Assembly: GCA_034408725.1 (NCBI GenBank)
Contig: JAWXCN010000097.1
Coordinates: forward strand, 1-28,015
Reading direction: 5' to 3'
DNA length: 28,015 nt
Source of the DNA: Candidatus Hydrogenedentota bacterium
GTDB lineage: Bacteria; Hydrogenedentota; Hydrogenedentia; Hydrogenedentales; SLHB01
The notes under the pieces were generated by a model that was not told where the DNA came from, ran no database searches, and saw only the letters and a list, made by a program, of their open reading frames with translations. The translations under genes and the position numbers were made by a program. Positions 17,601 through 24,761 of the stretch are shown in pieces. The first letter of the stretch is position 1, and each line of letters opens with the position of its first letter.

Positions 17601-18450
17601 ACCGGCCCGCCGCGGTATACGTGAAGTCGGCATACGTGGCCCCGCTCGGGTCTTTGATGCGGACGAGGTCCATATCGTCGTATTCGTATACCCATTCATC
17701 ACCGGTCGAGGAAGTTGGCGTGGGGTAGAAGACGTATTTGGCGGGCCGAAACCCGGCGGGCCCCGAAACGATCTTGAATTTCGTGAGGTCGGTACTGGTG
17801 GTCGTGTCCCGGTTAATGATAGTGACATCGCTGTGGCCCGTTCCGGTCACGCTTCGATCATACGTCGTTTCAAGGCCGGTGGGATACCCAAGTGTTATGA
17901 CATACGCCTGCGGCCCGTAGACCGGGTTCATTTTGTGTTCGCACTCAATGGCGTACTCGTTTCCCAGTTTGTCCGTGATATTGGAAATGTAGCGGCCGCT
18001 GACTGCGCCGGGATCCGCATTCGGATCGGGACTGGGCGACGAATCGTATTCGTATAGCACCGGGTTGCCGCCGTTATCCGTGACGGACGTGAGTTCATTC
18101 CACCCGGTATTGGTGTCTTCCATGTAGGCGTATGAAATCGTTTGAAGAACCGTCGCGCTGATCTTCAATTGAACCGTGCTGATGAGGCCCTCAGTCCCAT
18201 ACGCGAGCTCAAGGTAGCGGCCGTCGTAGGCAGGGGCGTGAATTCGGAAGAGTCTGGCGTCGAGATTCGGGTCGTCATATTCCAGCGTGATGCGATTGCC
18301 GCTGGCGTCCTCGATGTACTCTGGCCGGGCGACGCGCAGGTCGTTGTGAACGAAGAGGACACTGGAAAAACCATATTTCAGCCCCGTGGGCGCGCTGAAG
18401 ACATATCTGCCCGTCGTGGTGTCCCGCGTGATGATTGTACCGCGCACCAT
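14695..18450 (-). CDS. Rhs/YD-repeat protein with lectin-like insert, thrombospondin type 3-like Asp-rich repeats, (GD)n linker, InlB-B/Flg_new-like repeat and DUF3238-like C-terminus; probably 5'-truncated
   Basis: YD repeats (YEYDANLRL, LEYDQYGQV, FEYDTQGNL); DxDGDGxPD repeats; C-terminal FIP..GDNR..IDY..G.HD.FPHYEIW motifs. Confidence 0.85.
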   Translation of the reverse strand: MVRGTIITRDTTTGRYVFSAPTGLKYGFSSVLFVHNDLRVARPEYIEDASGNRITLEYDDPNLDARLFRIHAPAYDGRYLELAYGTEGLISTVQLKISATVLQTISYAYMEDTNTGWNELTSVTDNGGNPVLYEYDSSPSPDPNADPGAVSGRYISNITDKLGNEYAIECEHKMNPVYGPQAYVITLGYPTGLETTYDRSVTGTGHSDVTIINRDTTTSTDLTKFKIVSGPAGFRPAKYVFYPTPTSSTGDEWVYEYDDMDLVRIKDPSGATYADFTYTAAGRLLTSSVAGETPITYTYPTGGSFHASLYPTRKISGADETRYEYDANLRLTRVEGPGAGGMEKVLATSSAQLLTNGTTQFMPSSSTHCWIDDICMTNGDTGAAMIADYFNDGNYNGWSVWSSTWDLANGYMQRTSGTGGFQWVNSVANPIVSFSYRSDDTQQGNAMLIGFRNSGSDYVRLLIFPTKLQLLQRIGSTFTTLSHDLTAGSAANTWYDVKIIANGSSIEVWRSTGYTLEYDQYGQVTAAVSGTGKTWDFEYDTQGNLVEAIDPEEEERTYTFDNFGNTKTATVDAALAVAFEHLDPAYPRYLTRREEAAGTSADYIFNQQGRLAEKTLESSGVQSLRYVHTYDYLQRNLVTISESATQSQLTQLTYNMLGLLMYVSHGDPSESARYIYDHRGLVTSRKNPFGITRNYIYNSLGQVSGVNDDMQYPVLHYIDPNREVKNLTGKPRPDGDGHGPGDDRDPDGEGGETENPPGEGPEDCAVCICKVDTDGDGIPDGEDLDDDGDNIPDAIDPDDDGDGIPDYQDGDDDNDGDPDDTDPDDDGDGDPDETDPDDDGDGTEDGDDSDDSGQDGDIDGDGISNGEDNDDDGDGQNDDVDTDDDGDGIPDGPDNDDGGGNTDDGGDGDGDGDGDGDGDGDGDGDGDGDGDGDVTLNISVTGNGATDPSPGSYEYNKAAAIEETVSAINTTSGYEFHHWEITGWGTLTEPVLVNIPMTKDWTLKAVFRPIETGNRDRLFDIDIATFIPQNHFVIPNLQCVLNEPDMPDPPMLGGGDNRIDAVWKSSFWRTKMTAGAAPWIDSEADNGLYFTPVSLRQISETYTWDAITASMISTAARADTALSDCVLKHCAQFSSTWENDVTTYRWSDFVVEYTFDMTATPGCIPFGLEAVMPSIDYSIVITLDVQPLEYTNYWVDGWHDQFPHYEIWLYRPWGNQAPHCIHNDPPPFLAPLGLGGLSIPTSIFETGTFSN
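15652..15735 (-). repeat. (Gly-Asp)14 hexanucleotide repeat with synonymous variation
   Basis: 14 RTCNCC units on the plus strand. Confidence 0.9.
15760..16140 (-). repeat. Roughly 13-aa periodic Asp-rich (TSP3-like) calcium-binding repeats
   Basis: DTDGDGIPDGEDL / DDDGDNIPDAIDP / DDDGDGIPDYQDG / DDDNDGDPDDTDP and further copies. Confidence 0.85.
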
Positions 18451-18517
18451 GTTGGTACGTCGCCATCAACATCGTAATCGAACAGGAGTCAATAGAACGG
18501 ATTCCCTCACACTTCAC

Positions 18518-18546
18518 TGTGTACCATGAACGCGTGACTGTGTCAA
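18518..18546 (-). promoter_or_regulatory. Possible promoter for the Rhs locus
   Basis: TTGACA-N17-TACACA with TGn; the -10 element is imperfect. Confidence 0.35.
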
Positions 18547-18682
18547 GATGTTTAACTTTTTGATAGGGTGCATAGCCGAATTGCACACAATGCACTCGGT
18601 TCCGCATACTATTATCGAACGTGGACCCGCCGCCAGGGAGTTACGTAAGCCGGGCGGAATGGCGCCTCCCGGAGAGTTCGAG

Positions 18683-20602
18683 ATGTTTACAATTGCATTC
18701 CCGTATGCCCTTGGCGGCTCATGTTTCGATGGTCACCGGTATCCGTCCGGGTTCATGCACGTATTGCATGGCGCCGCGCTCACAGTCGCATCTTTTTCAA
18801 TCAGCGCGGCAGCCGGCGCCGAGGTCCCCTTGGTCCCTCAACGTGTACTCTGGATTGTGTCCGACTCGATGCGGCAGGACCATCTTGGATTCTCAGGTTA
18901 CGAACGCGACACCTCGCCCTATATCGATTCGCTTGCGGCGGAATCCGTTGCGTTTCAATGGGCGATCTCGGCGGGTAACATGACGCATATTTCGGTGCCC
19001 GCGTATTTCACGGGGCGGTACTTCTCTCAGTTGTACGAGAATCCGCTGGTGCATCGCAGCGGTTGGCTGCCGGTTTGGCCGAAGACGATTGCGGAAGCGT
19101 TTCAGGCAAAGGGCTTCAAAACTCTGGCCTGGAGCACGAATATAATCGTGACTGAAAAGACGGGATGCGCGCGGGGGTTTGACTCGTTTTCGTTTGTGAT
19201 GCCGCGAAGCACAACGTACGCGAAGATAGACGAAATGATTCGCGCCGTCCATGATCAATACACGCCATCCGGAAAGTCCGAATTTATCTACGTTCATCTC
19301 ATGGACTGTCATTTACCCTATCAACCGCCGTATCCCTACGACCGTATGTTTTCGAAGGAATACACGCGCGATGCCGTTATCGAGGGCGCGTTGTTGGACG
19401 CGCACGGCGAACACGTTTTTGGCAACGCGCCATTCTATTCGCAGCGGCATGACATGATTCAGGAAGACCTGGACTTTCTCATCGGCCAGTACGACGGGAC
19501 GATTCGCCATTTCGATGATCGGTTGCGCGACTTGTTGGAAGCGCTCGATTACGATCCCGCGCGCGACATGCTTATGCTCTTCGCGGACCATGGCGACCAG
19601 TTTTTTGAACATGGGTACTGGGGGCATGGCCACAAAACGATGCCCGAAGAAACGCGCGTGCCGTTGATTGTCCGGTGGGACGGATTTCCGGCGCGAGCTG
19701 TGTCGCAGCCCGTATCATTGCTCGATCTGTATTCCACGTGCGCTGGCCTGTTTGGATTCGACCCGCCGTTCGGTTCAATAGGACAAAGCCTTGTTCCGCT
19801 GCTGCGCGGTGGCGAAGAAACGGAACGGTATGTTTACAGCGAATTTTTCGATGCGCGCGGCGCGGGTGGCAGCGTGGTCGGACCGGATTATCTCTACTAC
19901 CTCAACACGCGCACCTGGTATCTCGAACCGTGGCGCATTTGGCCGGTTCAGGAATCGATCTACGACCTTCGCAAAGACCCTGCGTGCGCGACGGATTTAT
20001 TCGCGAGCGCAGCCGGCGAGGCGGACCGGCTAAACGCACTATTGCGCGCGATGAACCCGCGATTCGACCGCGCAACACCGGACAAACTGCGCGGCGCGGA
20101 TTCTGATGCTACCTTTGGAGCGAACCTCGTTCCCGTTGACGCCGAGGGCCATCCTGCGTGGCAGATTGCAGAAGCGCCAATCGCGGCGAAGGGCCCGGCC
20201 CTGCAATTTTCCGGGGCGGGGGAAGTTGCGCGACTTATGGTAGACACGCCGGACGATCGCGTATACCTGCTCGAATTCGACTATACACTCGAACATGGCG
20301 TGATCACTGTGGACGTTCAATCCAAAGGACGCAACACATTTCATCTGGAACTCGCCAAGCCCGAAGTCAACGGGCACAGCCGGTTTCTTGTAGTCGCGGG
20401 ACCGCCACAGACCGAGATCACCGCGACGGTCGACGCGACGGGAAAAGGGAGCATCAGCGGCATTCGCTTTTCTTCAGCGCGCATTCCAATGATCGGCCTT
20501 GTTCCCTGGAAAGTCCCGAAAGACGTGCCCCCCGCGAAAGATACGAAGAACCTCGATAGCCAGGAGCGCGCGGTGTTGCGGGCGCTTGGGTATGCAGAAT
20601 GA
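18683..20602 (+). CDS. Sulfatase/alkaline-phosphatase-superfamily protein (start uncertain: 18548, 18683 or 18755)
   Basis: DSMRQDHL, T...PAYFTG, HLMDCHLPY, YDG.I...D, ADHG, GHGH, VPLIV, SLLDL and a terminal LRALGY; GGAG before ATG 18683. Confidence 0.88.
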   Translation: MFTIAFPYALGGSCFDGHRYPSGFMHVLHGAALTVASFSISAAAGAEVPLVPQRVLWIVSDSMRQDHLGFSGYERDTSPYIDSLAAESVAFQWAISAGNMTHISVPAYFTGRYFSQLYENPLVHRSGWLPVWPKTIAEAFQAKGFKTLAWSTNIIVTEKTGCARGFDSFSFVMPRSTTYAKIDEMIRAVHDQYTPSGKSEFIYVHLMDCHLPYQPPYPYDRMFSKEYTRDAVIEGALLDAHGEHVFGNAPFYSQRHDMIQEDLDFLIGQYDGTIRHFDDRLRDLLEALDYDPARDMLMLFADHGDQFFEHGYWGHGHKTMPEETRVPLIVRWDGFPARAVSQPVSLLDLYSTCAGLFGFDPPFGSIGQSLVPLLRGGEETERYVYSEFFDARGAGGSVVGPDYLYYLNTRTWYLEPWRIWPVQESIYDLRKDPACATDLFASAAGEADRLNALLRAMNPRFDRATPDKLRGADSDATFGANLVPVDAEGHPAWQIAEAPIAAKGPALQFSGAGEVARLMVDTPDDRVYLLEFDYTLEHGVITVDVQSKGRNTFHLELAKPEVNGHSRFLVVAGPPQTEITATVDATGKGSISGIRFSSARIPMIGLVPWKVPKDVPPAKDTKNLDSQERAVLRALGYAE

Positions 20603-21788
20603 GTCACCCGCAATAGCCGCATACGACGCCATAATACTCGGCGGAGGCGCGGCGGGGTTGATGTGCGCGATTGAAGCAGGCAAACGCGGCCGGCGCGTGT
20701 TGCTGCTCGAACACAACGAGACTGTAGGCAAAAAAATCCGAATCTCCGGCGGTGGCCGATGCAACTTCACCAACATGCATACCACGCCCGAAAACTTTCT
20801 GTCCGATAACCCCCGTTTTGCGACCTCGGCACTTGCGCGGTACACGCCCGGCGATTTCATTGCATTCGTCGAACGGCACGGCATTGCATACCACGAGAAA
20901 AAATTGGGCCAATTGTTCTGCGACGGCTCGGCGCAATTGATTATCGATGCGCTGCTCCGCGAATGCGCGGATGCACACGTCGAGATTCGCACGGGGTGCA
21001 TCGTTGACGAGGTGCAAAAGCCGGATAATTTTTCCGTCGCCACGTCGCACGGAACTTTCCGCGCCAATGCGCTCGTTGTCGCGACGGGCGGGCTCTCCAT
21101 TCCAAAGCTTGGCGCAACGGATTTTGGGTATCGCCTTGCTCGCCAGTTTGGTCTGAACATCGTTCCATGCGCGCCTGGTTTGGTTCCTTTCACGTTGCAG
21201 CCAATTGATCATCAACAACTTTCCGATCTGCCGGGTATCTCTTTCGATGCGATGGTATCGTGCAACGACATCGAATTCGAAGAAAGTGTGCTTATCACAC
21301 ACCGTGGTCTCAGCGGTCCGGCGATTTTACAAATCGCTTCATACTGGGATTCAGGTCTCGACATCGTGCTCGATCTATTTCCTGGTGTCGCACTGGAAGA
21401 CTCATTGATGCGGACAAAACGCGATTCACCCGCAACCTTGCCGAGGACCTTTCTCGCGACGCGATTTTCCGCGCGCTTCGCGCAACGCCTATGCGAAATC
21501 CACGCATGGTCGCGGCCGTTTGGCGAAATGCCGGACACAGAAGTTCGCGCAATGGCAAATGCGCTGCAACAATGGCGCATCACACCCGCCGGTACCGAGG
21601 GATACGCGAAAGCCGAAGTCACGCGTGGCGGCATCGACACCAAAGCGCTCTCGCCCAAGACAATGGAAACTCGCGGCGTGCCCGGCCTCTATTTCATCGG
21701 CGAAGCCGTCGACGTGACAGGGTGGCTCGGCGGTTACAATTTTCAATGGGCGTGGGCGTCGGGCTTCTCGGCGGGAAACGCGATTTAG
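20592..21788 (+). CDS. NAD(P)/FAD-dependent oxidoreductase, HI0933/YhiN/BaiN family
   Basis: GGGAAG, GKKIRISGGGRCNFTN, ATGGLSIP, THRGLSGPA, AEVTRGG, GGYNFQWAWASG; ATG 20592 overlaps the sulfatase end. Confidence 0.95.
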   Translation: MQNESPAIAAYDAIILGGGAAGLMCAIEAGKRGRRVLLLEHNETVGKKIRISGGGRCNFTNMHTTPENFLSDNPRFATSALARYTPGDFIAFVERHGIAYHEKKLGQLFCDGSAQLIIDALLRECADAHVEIRTGCIVDEVQKPDNFSVATSHGTFRANALVVATGGLSIPKLGATDFGYRLARQFGLNIVPCAPGLVPFTLQPIDHQQLSDLPGISFDAMVSCNDIEFEESVLITHRGLSGPAILQIASYWDSGLDIVLDLFPGVALEDSLMRTKRDSPATLPRTFLATRFSARFAQRLCEIHAWSRPFGEMPDTEVRAMANALQQWRITPAGTEGYAKAEVTRGGIDTKALSPKTMETRGVPGLYFIGEAVDVTGWLGGYNFQWAWASGFSAGNAI

Positions 21789-21861
21789 GATTCCCGCGAT
21801 TATTGTTGTTCCACGCCATTCGCCGTAGAATATGGTCGCGAATCCGCTCGAAGGTTTTGAA

Positions 21862-22299
21862 ATGATCGACCTGTATATCGTCCTCTTCATTGGCATCGCC
21901 CTGTTCGCGTTCCACAGCCGGAAATCGAACAGGATTGCCGCGTCTTCTCCCCGTCGCAAGACCATCATCCAAGTGCTTTGGGGTGCGGCGTTCATCCTCG
22001 CACTGATGATAGGCGTTCGGTTTTCCGGCGGAGCAGGCGTCATGAAGATCGTAATTGCGCTACCGATTGCAATCGCAGTGTTCGCACTCGTCTATTTCCT
22101 CATTCGGGAATTTAGCGTGATTCGTGAAAGGGTTATCTTACTGGTAGTGCGGATACTCGGAGTTCGAAACATTGAAAGATATGGATTGGTCCTGCTGGCC
22201 ATTTTAATTGTGTTGGGAACTACCTTGGCCATTACCTCGCGCATGACAATTGATGACACAGCAAATTCGGCGACACGTTCCGCTCCGTCAACGCCGTGA
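21862..22299 (+). CDS. Hypothetical membrane protein (about 4 TM)
   Basis: Four hydrophobic segments; GAAGG before ATG 21862 (alternative start 21832). Confidence 0.65.
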   Translation: MIDLYIVLFIGIALFAFHSRKSNRIAASSPRRKTIIQVLWGAAFILALMIGVRFSGGAGVMKIVIALPIAIAVFALVYFLIREFSVIRERVILLVVRILGVRNIERYGLVLLAILIVLGTTLAITSRMTIDDTANSATRSAPSTP

Positions 22300-22633
22300 A
22301 TTTTCTCCAAAACGCAGGCTTGGGACAGCCCCACCGCGTTCGCATACTGCCGCGAACGCTATTGGGACAGTCCCCTTTCCCGATTCGGCTGAATTGGGTG
22401 TAAGCGCAGTTAGTCTGCACCGATTTTTCGAAGCGAATGACAAGGCGTAGCGCTTCATTCACAGCTTTGTCACTCGGAAACGCAGTCGCTACGTCCGGCG
22501 CCAACAACACCAGGTTGCTACCTTCCTTATAACGCTTCGCAAACTTGCCCTGAGTACCTTCGTTCAGCAGTGCAGCAAGATTATATTCAGGCCGTAACGC
22601 GTCAGCCTTTGCGCTTTTTGATCTCGTTTTCAT
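22232..22633 (-). CDS. BrnA-like antitoxin with an abnormal C-terminal extension
   Basis: LRPEY..GKFAKRY.EG.NLVLL.PDVA.AFP...AVNEALR; start overlaps the brnT-like end; reads on through REP copy 1. Confidence 0.75.
   Translation of the reverse strand: MKTRSKSAKADALRPEYNLAALLNEGTQGKFAKRYKEGSNLVLLAPDVATAFPSDKAVNEALRLVIRFEKSVQTNCAYTQFSRIGKGDCPNSVRGSMRTRWGCPKPAFWRKFTALTERNVSPNLLCHQLSCAR
22321..22377 (+). repeat. REP-like element family A, copy 1
   Basis: TGGGACAGCCCC...TGGGACAGTCCCC; 53/57 nt identical to 23564-23620. Confidence 0.8.
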
Positions 22634-22770
22634 ATGCTCTCCGTTCCGCCCGTGTCATCTTTCGCGCGCTGATAATTCTGATTCTATCGCCGCGATCAGT
22701 GTATGCAATGATCAACAACTGACTGCGCGCCGATGTGCCAACCAATATATACCGGTCTTCGTTCACCGAG
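22602..22770 (-). pseudogene. brnT: BrnT (DUF497) toxin, C-terminal half only
   Basis: EDRYILVG.S....LLIIAYTDRGDRIRIISARKMT.AERRAYE; the N-terminal FEWD..K...N..KH part is absent. Confidence 0.8.
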
Positions 22771-22789
22771 CTGTCGACGCTACACGTAT

Positions 22790-22860
22790 TGCTGATCGCA
22801 ACGACAGAATCAGAATTATCAGCGCGCGGAAATTGACGTATATAGAATCGAGAGGATTTC
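22790..22860 (+). pseudogene. Inverted second brnT 3' fragment
   Basis: The plus strand encodes ADRNDRIRIISARKLTYIESRGF; 40/46 nt inverted match to 22654-22699. Confidence 0.75.
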
Positions 22861-22861
22861 C

Positions 22862-22909
22862 GTTGTGGCCGGTCTCCCGACCGCGCCACGCCGCCGACCG
22901 GAGGTCTCC
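22862..22909 (+). repeat. REP-like element family B, copy 1
   Basis: GTTGTGGCCGGTCTCCCGACCGCGCCAC..CCGACCG.GAGGTCTCC; inverted copies at 23532 and 23696. Confidence 0.8.
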
Positions 22910-22996
22910 ATTCCCGCGTTTGGACTCCGAGACAGCGTTGTAGGCAGGCGCGTAGTCACCGGACCCGCACGCGCCGAATCGGAATTCAGCGCTACA

Positions 22997-23410
22997 TCAC
23001 AATGCCTTTTTCAACACCTTCAACGCCTTGGTCGCGTCATCGGGGGCGGTGAACGAAATGTGGATGACGACTTTCCTGCCGAACACCACGCCGTTCAGAC
23101 CGCGCATGCTGATGCCGGAATCGCCGAGGGCGCGCGCGGCCTTCGCGCAGAGGCCCGCCTTGTCCGGCCCTTCGATGCGCAACGCAAACAGATCGGAGGG
23201 TTTGCTGAGTCCAGCCGCTTTTGCCGTCTTCGACGAACTCTTGCTCAACGCGACGTACAGCGTGCCTGAGTCGCCGCCCGAGCGCCGCGCGAGCATAAAG
23301 TCGCAATTGTCCTTTCCCTTGGCCAAGGGAGCCAGCGTGTCGGCGAGTCCACCGGGCCGATCCTCAATCCCCGCCTCCCAGATATCAACCTTCTTGATCT
23401 TATACGGCAT
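22997..23410 (-). CDS. ACT-domain protein (two ACT-like repeats), 137 aa
   Basis: IEDRPGGLA..LAPLA and IEGPDKAGL.AK.ARAL.D.GI; GGAGG RBS before ATG 23410; TATAAT at 23469-23474. Confidence 0.85.
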   Translation of the reverse strand: MPYKIKKVDIWEAGIEDRPGGLADTLAPLAKGKDNCDFMLARRSGGDSGTLYVALSKSSSKTAKAAGLSKPSDLFALRIEGPDKAGLCAKAARALGDSGISMRGLNGVVFGRKVVIHISFTAPDDATKALKVLKKAL

Positions 23411-23531
23411 GTTGCACCCTCCTGCATGGAATCCATGCGACCGCACTTCCCCTGACACCACGAATCGCATTATACACCCAGCGCCAGGACCGAGAATGCG
23501 GCGGTTGCCAGGCAAAGGGCGATTCACCGGC

Positions 23532-23767
23532 GTGGCGCGGTCGGAGACCGGCCACAACGGGCATGGGACAGCCCCACCGCATTCGCTTACTGCCGCGGAC
23601 TCTATTGGGACAGTCCCCTTCAACTGCACTTTGTAACGCAATTGCTCCAGAAGCTGCGCTTCGCATTTCCGCCGGCCTCTCAACAAACGGGGGAAGGAGA
23701 CCTCGCGGTCGGCGGGGTGGCGCGGTCGGAGACCGGCCACAACACAATGAATGAGACCGGCCACAAC
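23532..23767. repeat. REP cluster: family B (23532-23558, 23696-23743, partial 23753-23767) and family A (23564-23620)
   Basis: Direct sequence comparison with 22321-22377 and 22862-22909. Confidence 0.8.
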
Positions 23768-24093
23768 ACGAGTGACAACGAACATATACTACCGGCATAA
23801 AAAAAGGGAAATGAGAATCTTTAAGGTCGCAAATTGCGATCTTAGAGAACCGAGGTACCAAACTCGTAAATGTGTTCAACTTGGCACTGCGGCTGTCTGT
23901 GGTGTGTCCCTGAGTTTTCCCGTGATAGAACGCTGAATTCCGATTCAGCGCCTGCGAAGTCAAAGGGCGCTGGCACCAGCATGGCATTTTTGATATCTAC
24001 AAACTCAACGTTCGGACCGAAGACACTTGTAATTGCCATATAGGCTACTATGCTCGCGGTCATATAGATGCATTAAAGAATTGGCGAGGTAAA

Positions 24094-24651
24094 ATGGCAA
24101 ACGGCAAGAAGATTGGGCGTAGTCCGGCAGATAAACAACAGGAGCCTCCAGACTGGGATAGGCTTTTTGAACTCTGGAAAAAATACGAAGAAATAGCGAT
24201 GCACTTCAATGACTTGATTCTAAAGGTAAGGATTCAGGCGTTGGGCGGCGTCGCTGCAGTAATCGCGATACTTTTAGGATTGCTTGGCAGAAAGAAGGAT
24301 GAAGTGGAGGTATCGTGGGGCGCATTTGCTGCTGGCTTCTCTCTGATACTTGCCATGTGGATCGCAATATGGCTTTTGGATTTTTTGTACTACTACCGAC
24401 TATTGAGGGGCGCAGTCTCCAGCATAGTTGATATCGAACGCCAAACCATGGAGCATCCAGATGGCCCCGCGATTCGTCTTAGTAAAGGAATTGAACAAGC
24501 TGTATGGCATAAACGATGGGGACAGGATAGATTTTACGCCGATCCAATTCCGGAGGGTGGAATCGAGTGGGGTATATGGCTTTTCTACGGGATAGTCACA
24601 TTCACCCTCGCATTATGCGTTAGCTATTCGCTGATCCGCTGGTTAAGTTGA
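24094..24651 (+). CDS. Hypothetical 3-TM membrane protein
   Basis: GAGGT RBS; helix YEEIAMHFNDLILKVR, two TM segments, LDFLYYYRLLRGAV..I..IE, terminal TM; lower GC. Confidence 0.8.
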   Translation: MANGKKIGRSPADKQQEPPDWDRLFELWKKYEEIAMHFNDLILKVRIQALGGVAAVIAILLGLLGRKKDEVEVSWGAFAAGFSLILAMWIAIWLLDFLYYYRLLRGAVSSIVDIERQTMEHPDGPAIRLSKGIEQAVWHKRWGQDRFYADPIPEGGIEWGIWLFYGIVTFTLALCVSYSLIRWLS

Positions 24652-24761
24652 TTTAGATTCTCCTTAGCCTCATCCTGCCCAGTCCCGATCTTGAGGCATA
24701 TTAGCCACTTATTGTAAATTGCAATTTCTTGGGGTCACACCGCGAATTGGGGGAATCACGC

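Noticed and set aside
16507-18057. 516-aa plus-strand ORF
   Set aside because: Antisense to the Rhs gene; no motifs or RBS.
22997-23785. 262-aa version of the ACT ORF
   Set aside because: The extension translates REP DNA; the RBS and -10 box support the start at 23410.
23842-24063. 73-aa minus-strand ORF, and a GG-N10-GC sigma54-like box near 23972 on the plus strand
   Set aside because: The ORF has no recognisable motif or RBS; the box deviates from TTGC and has no other support.
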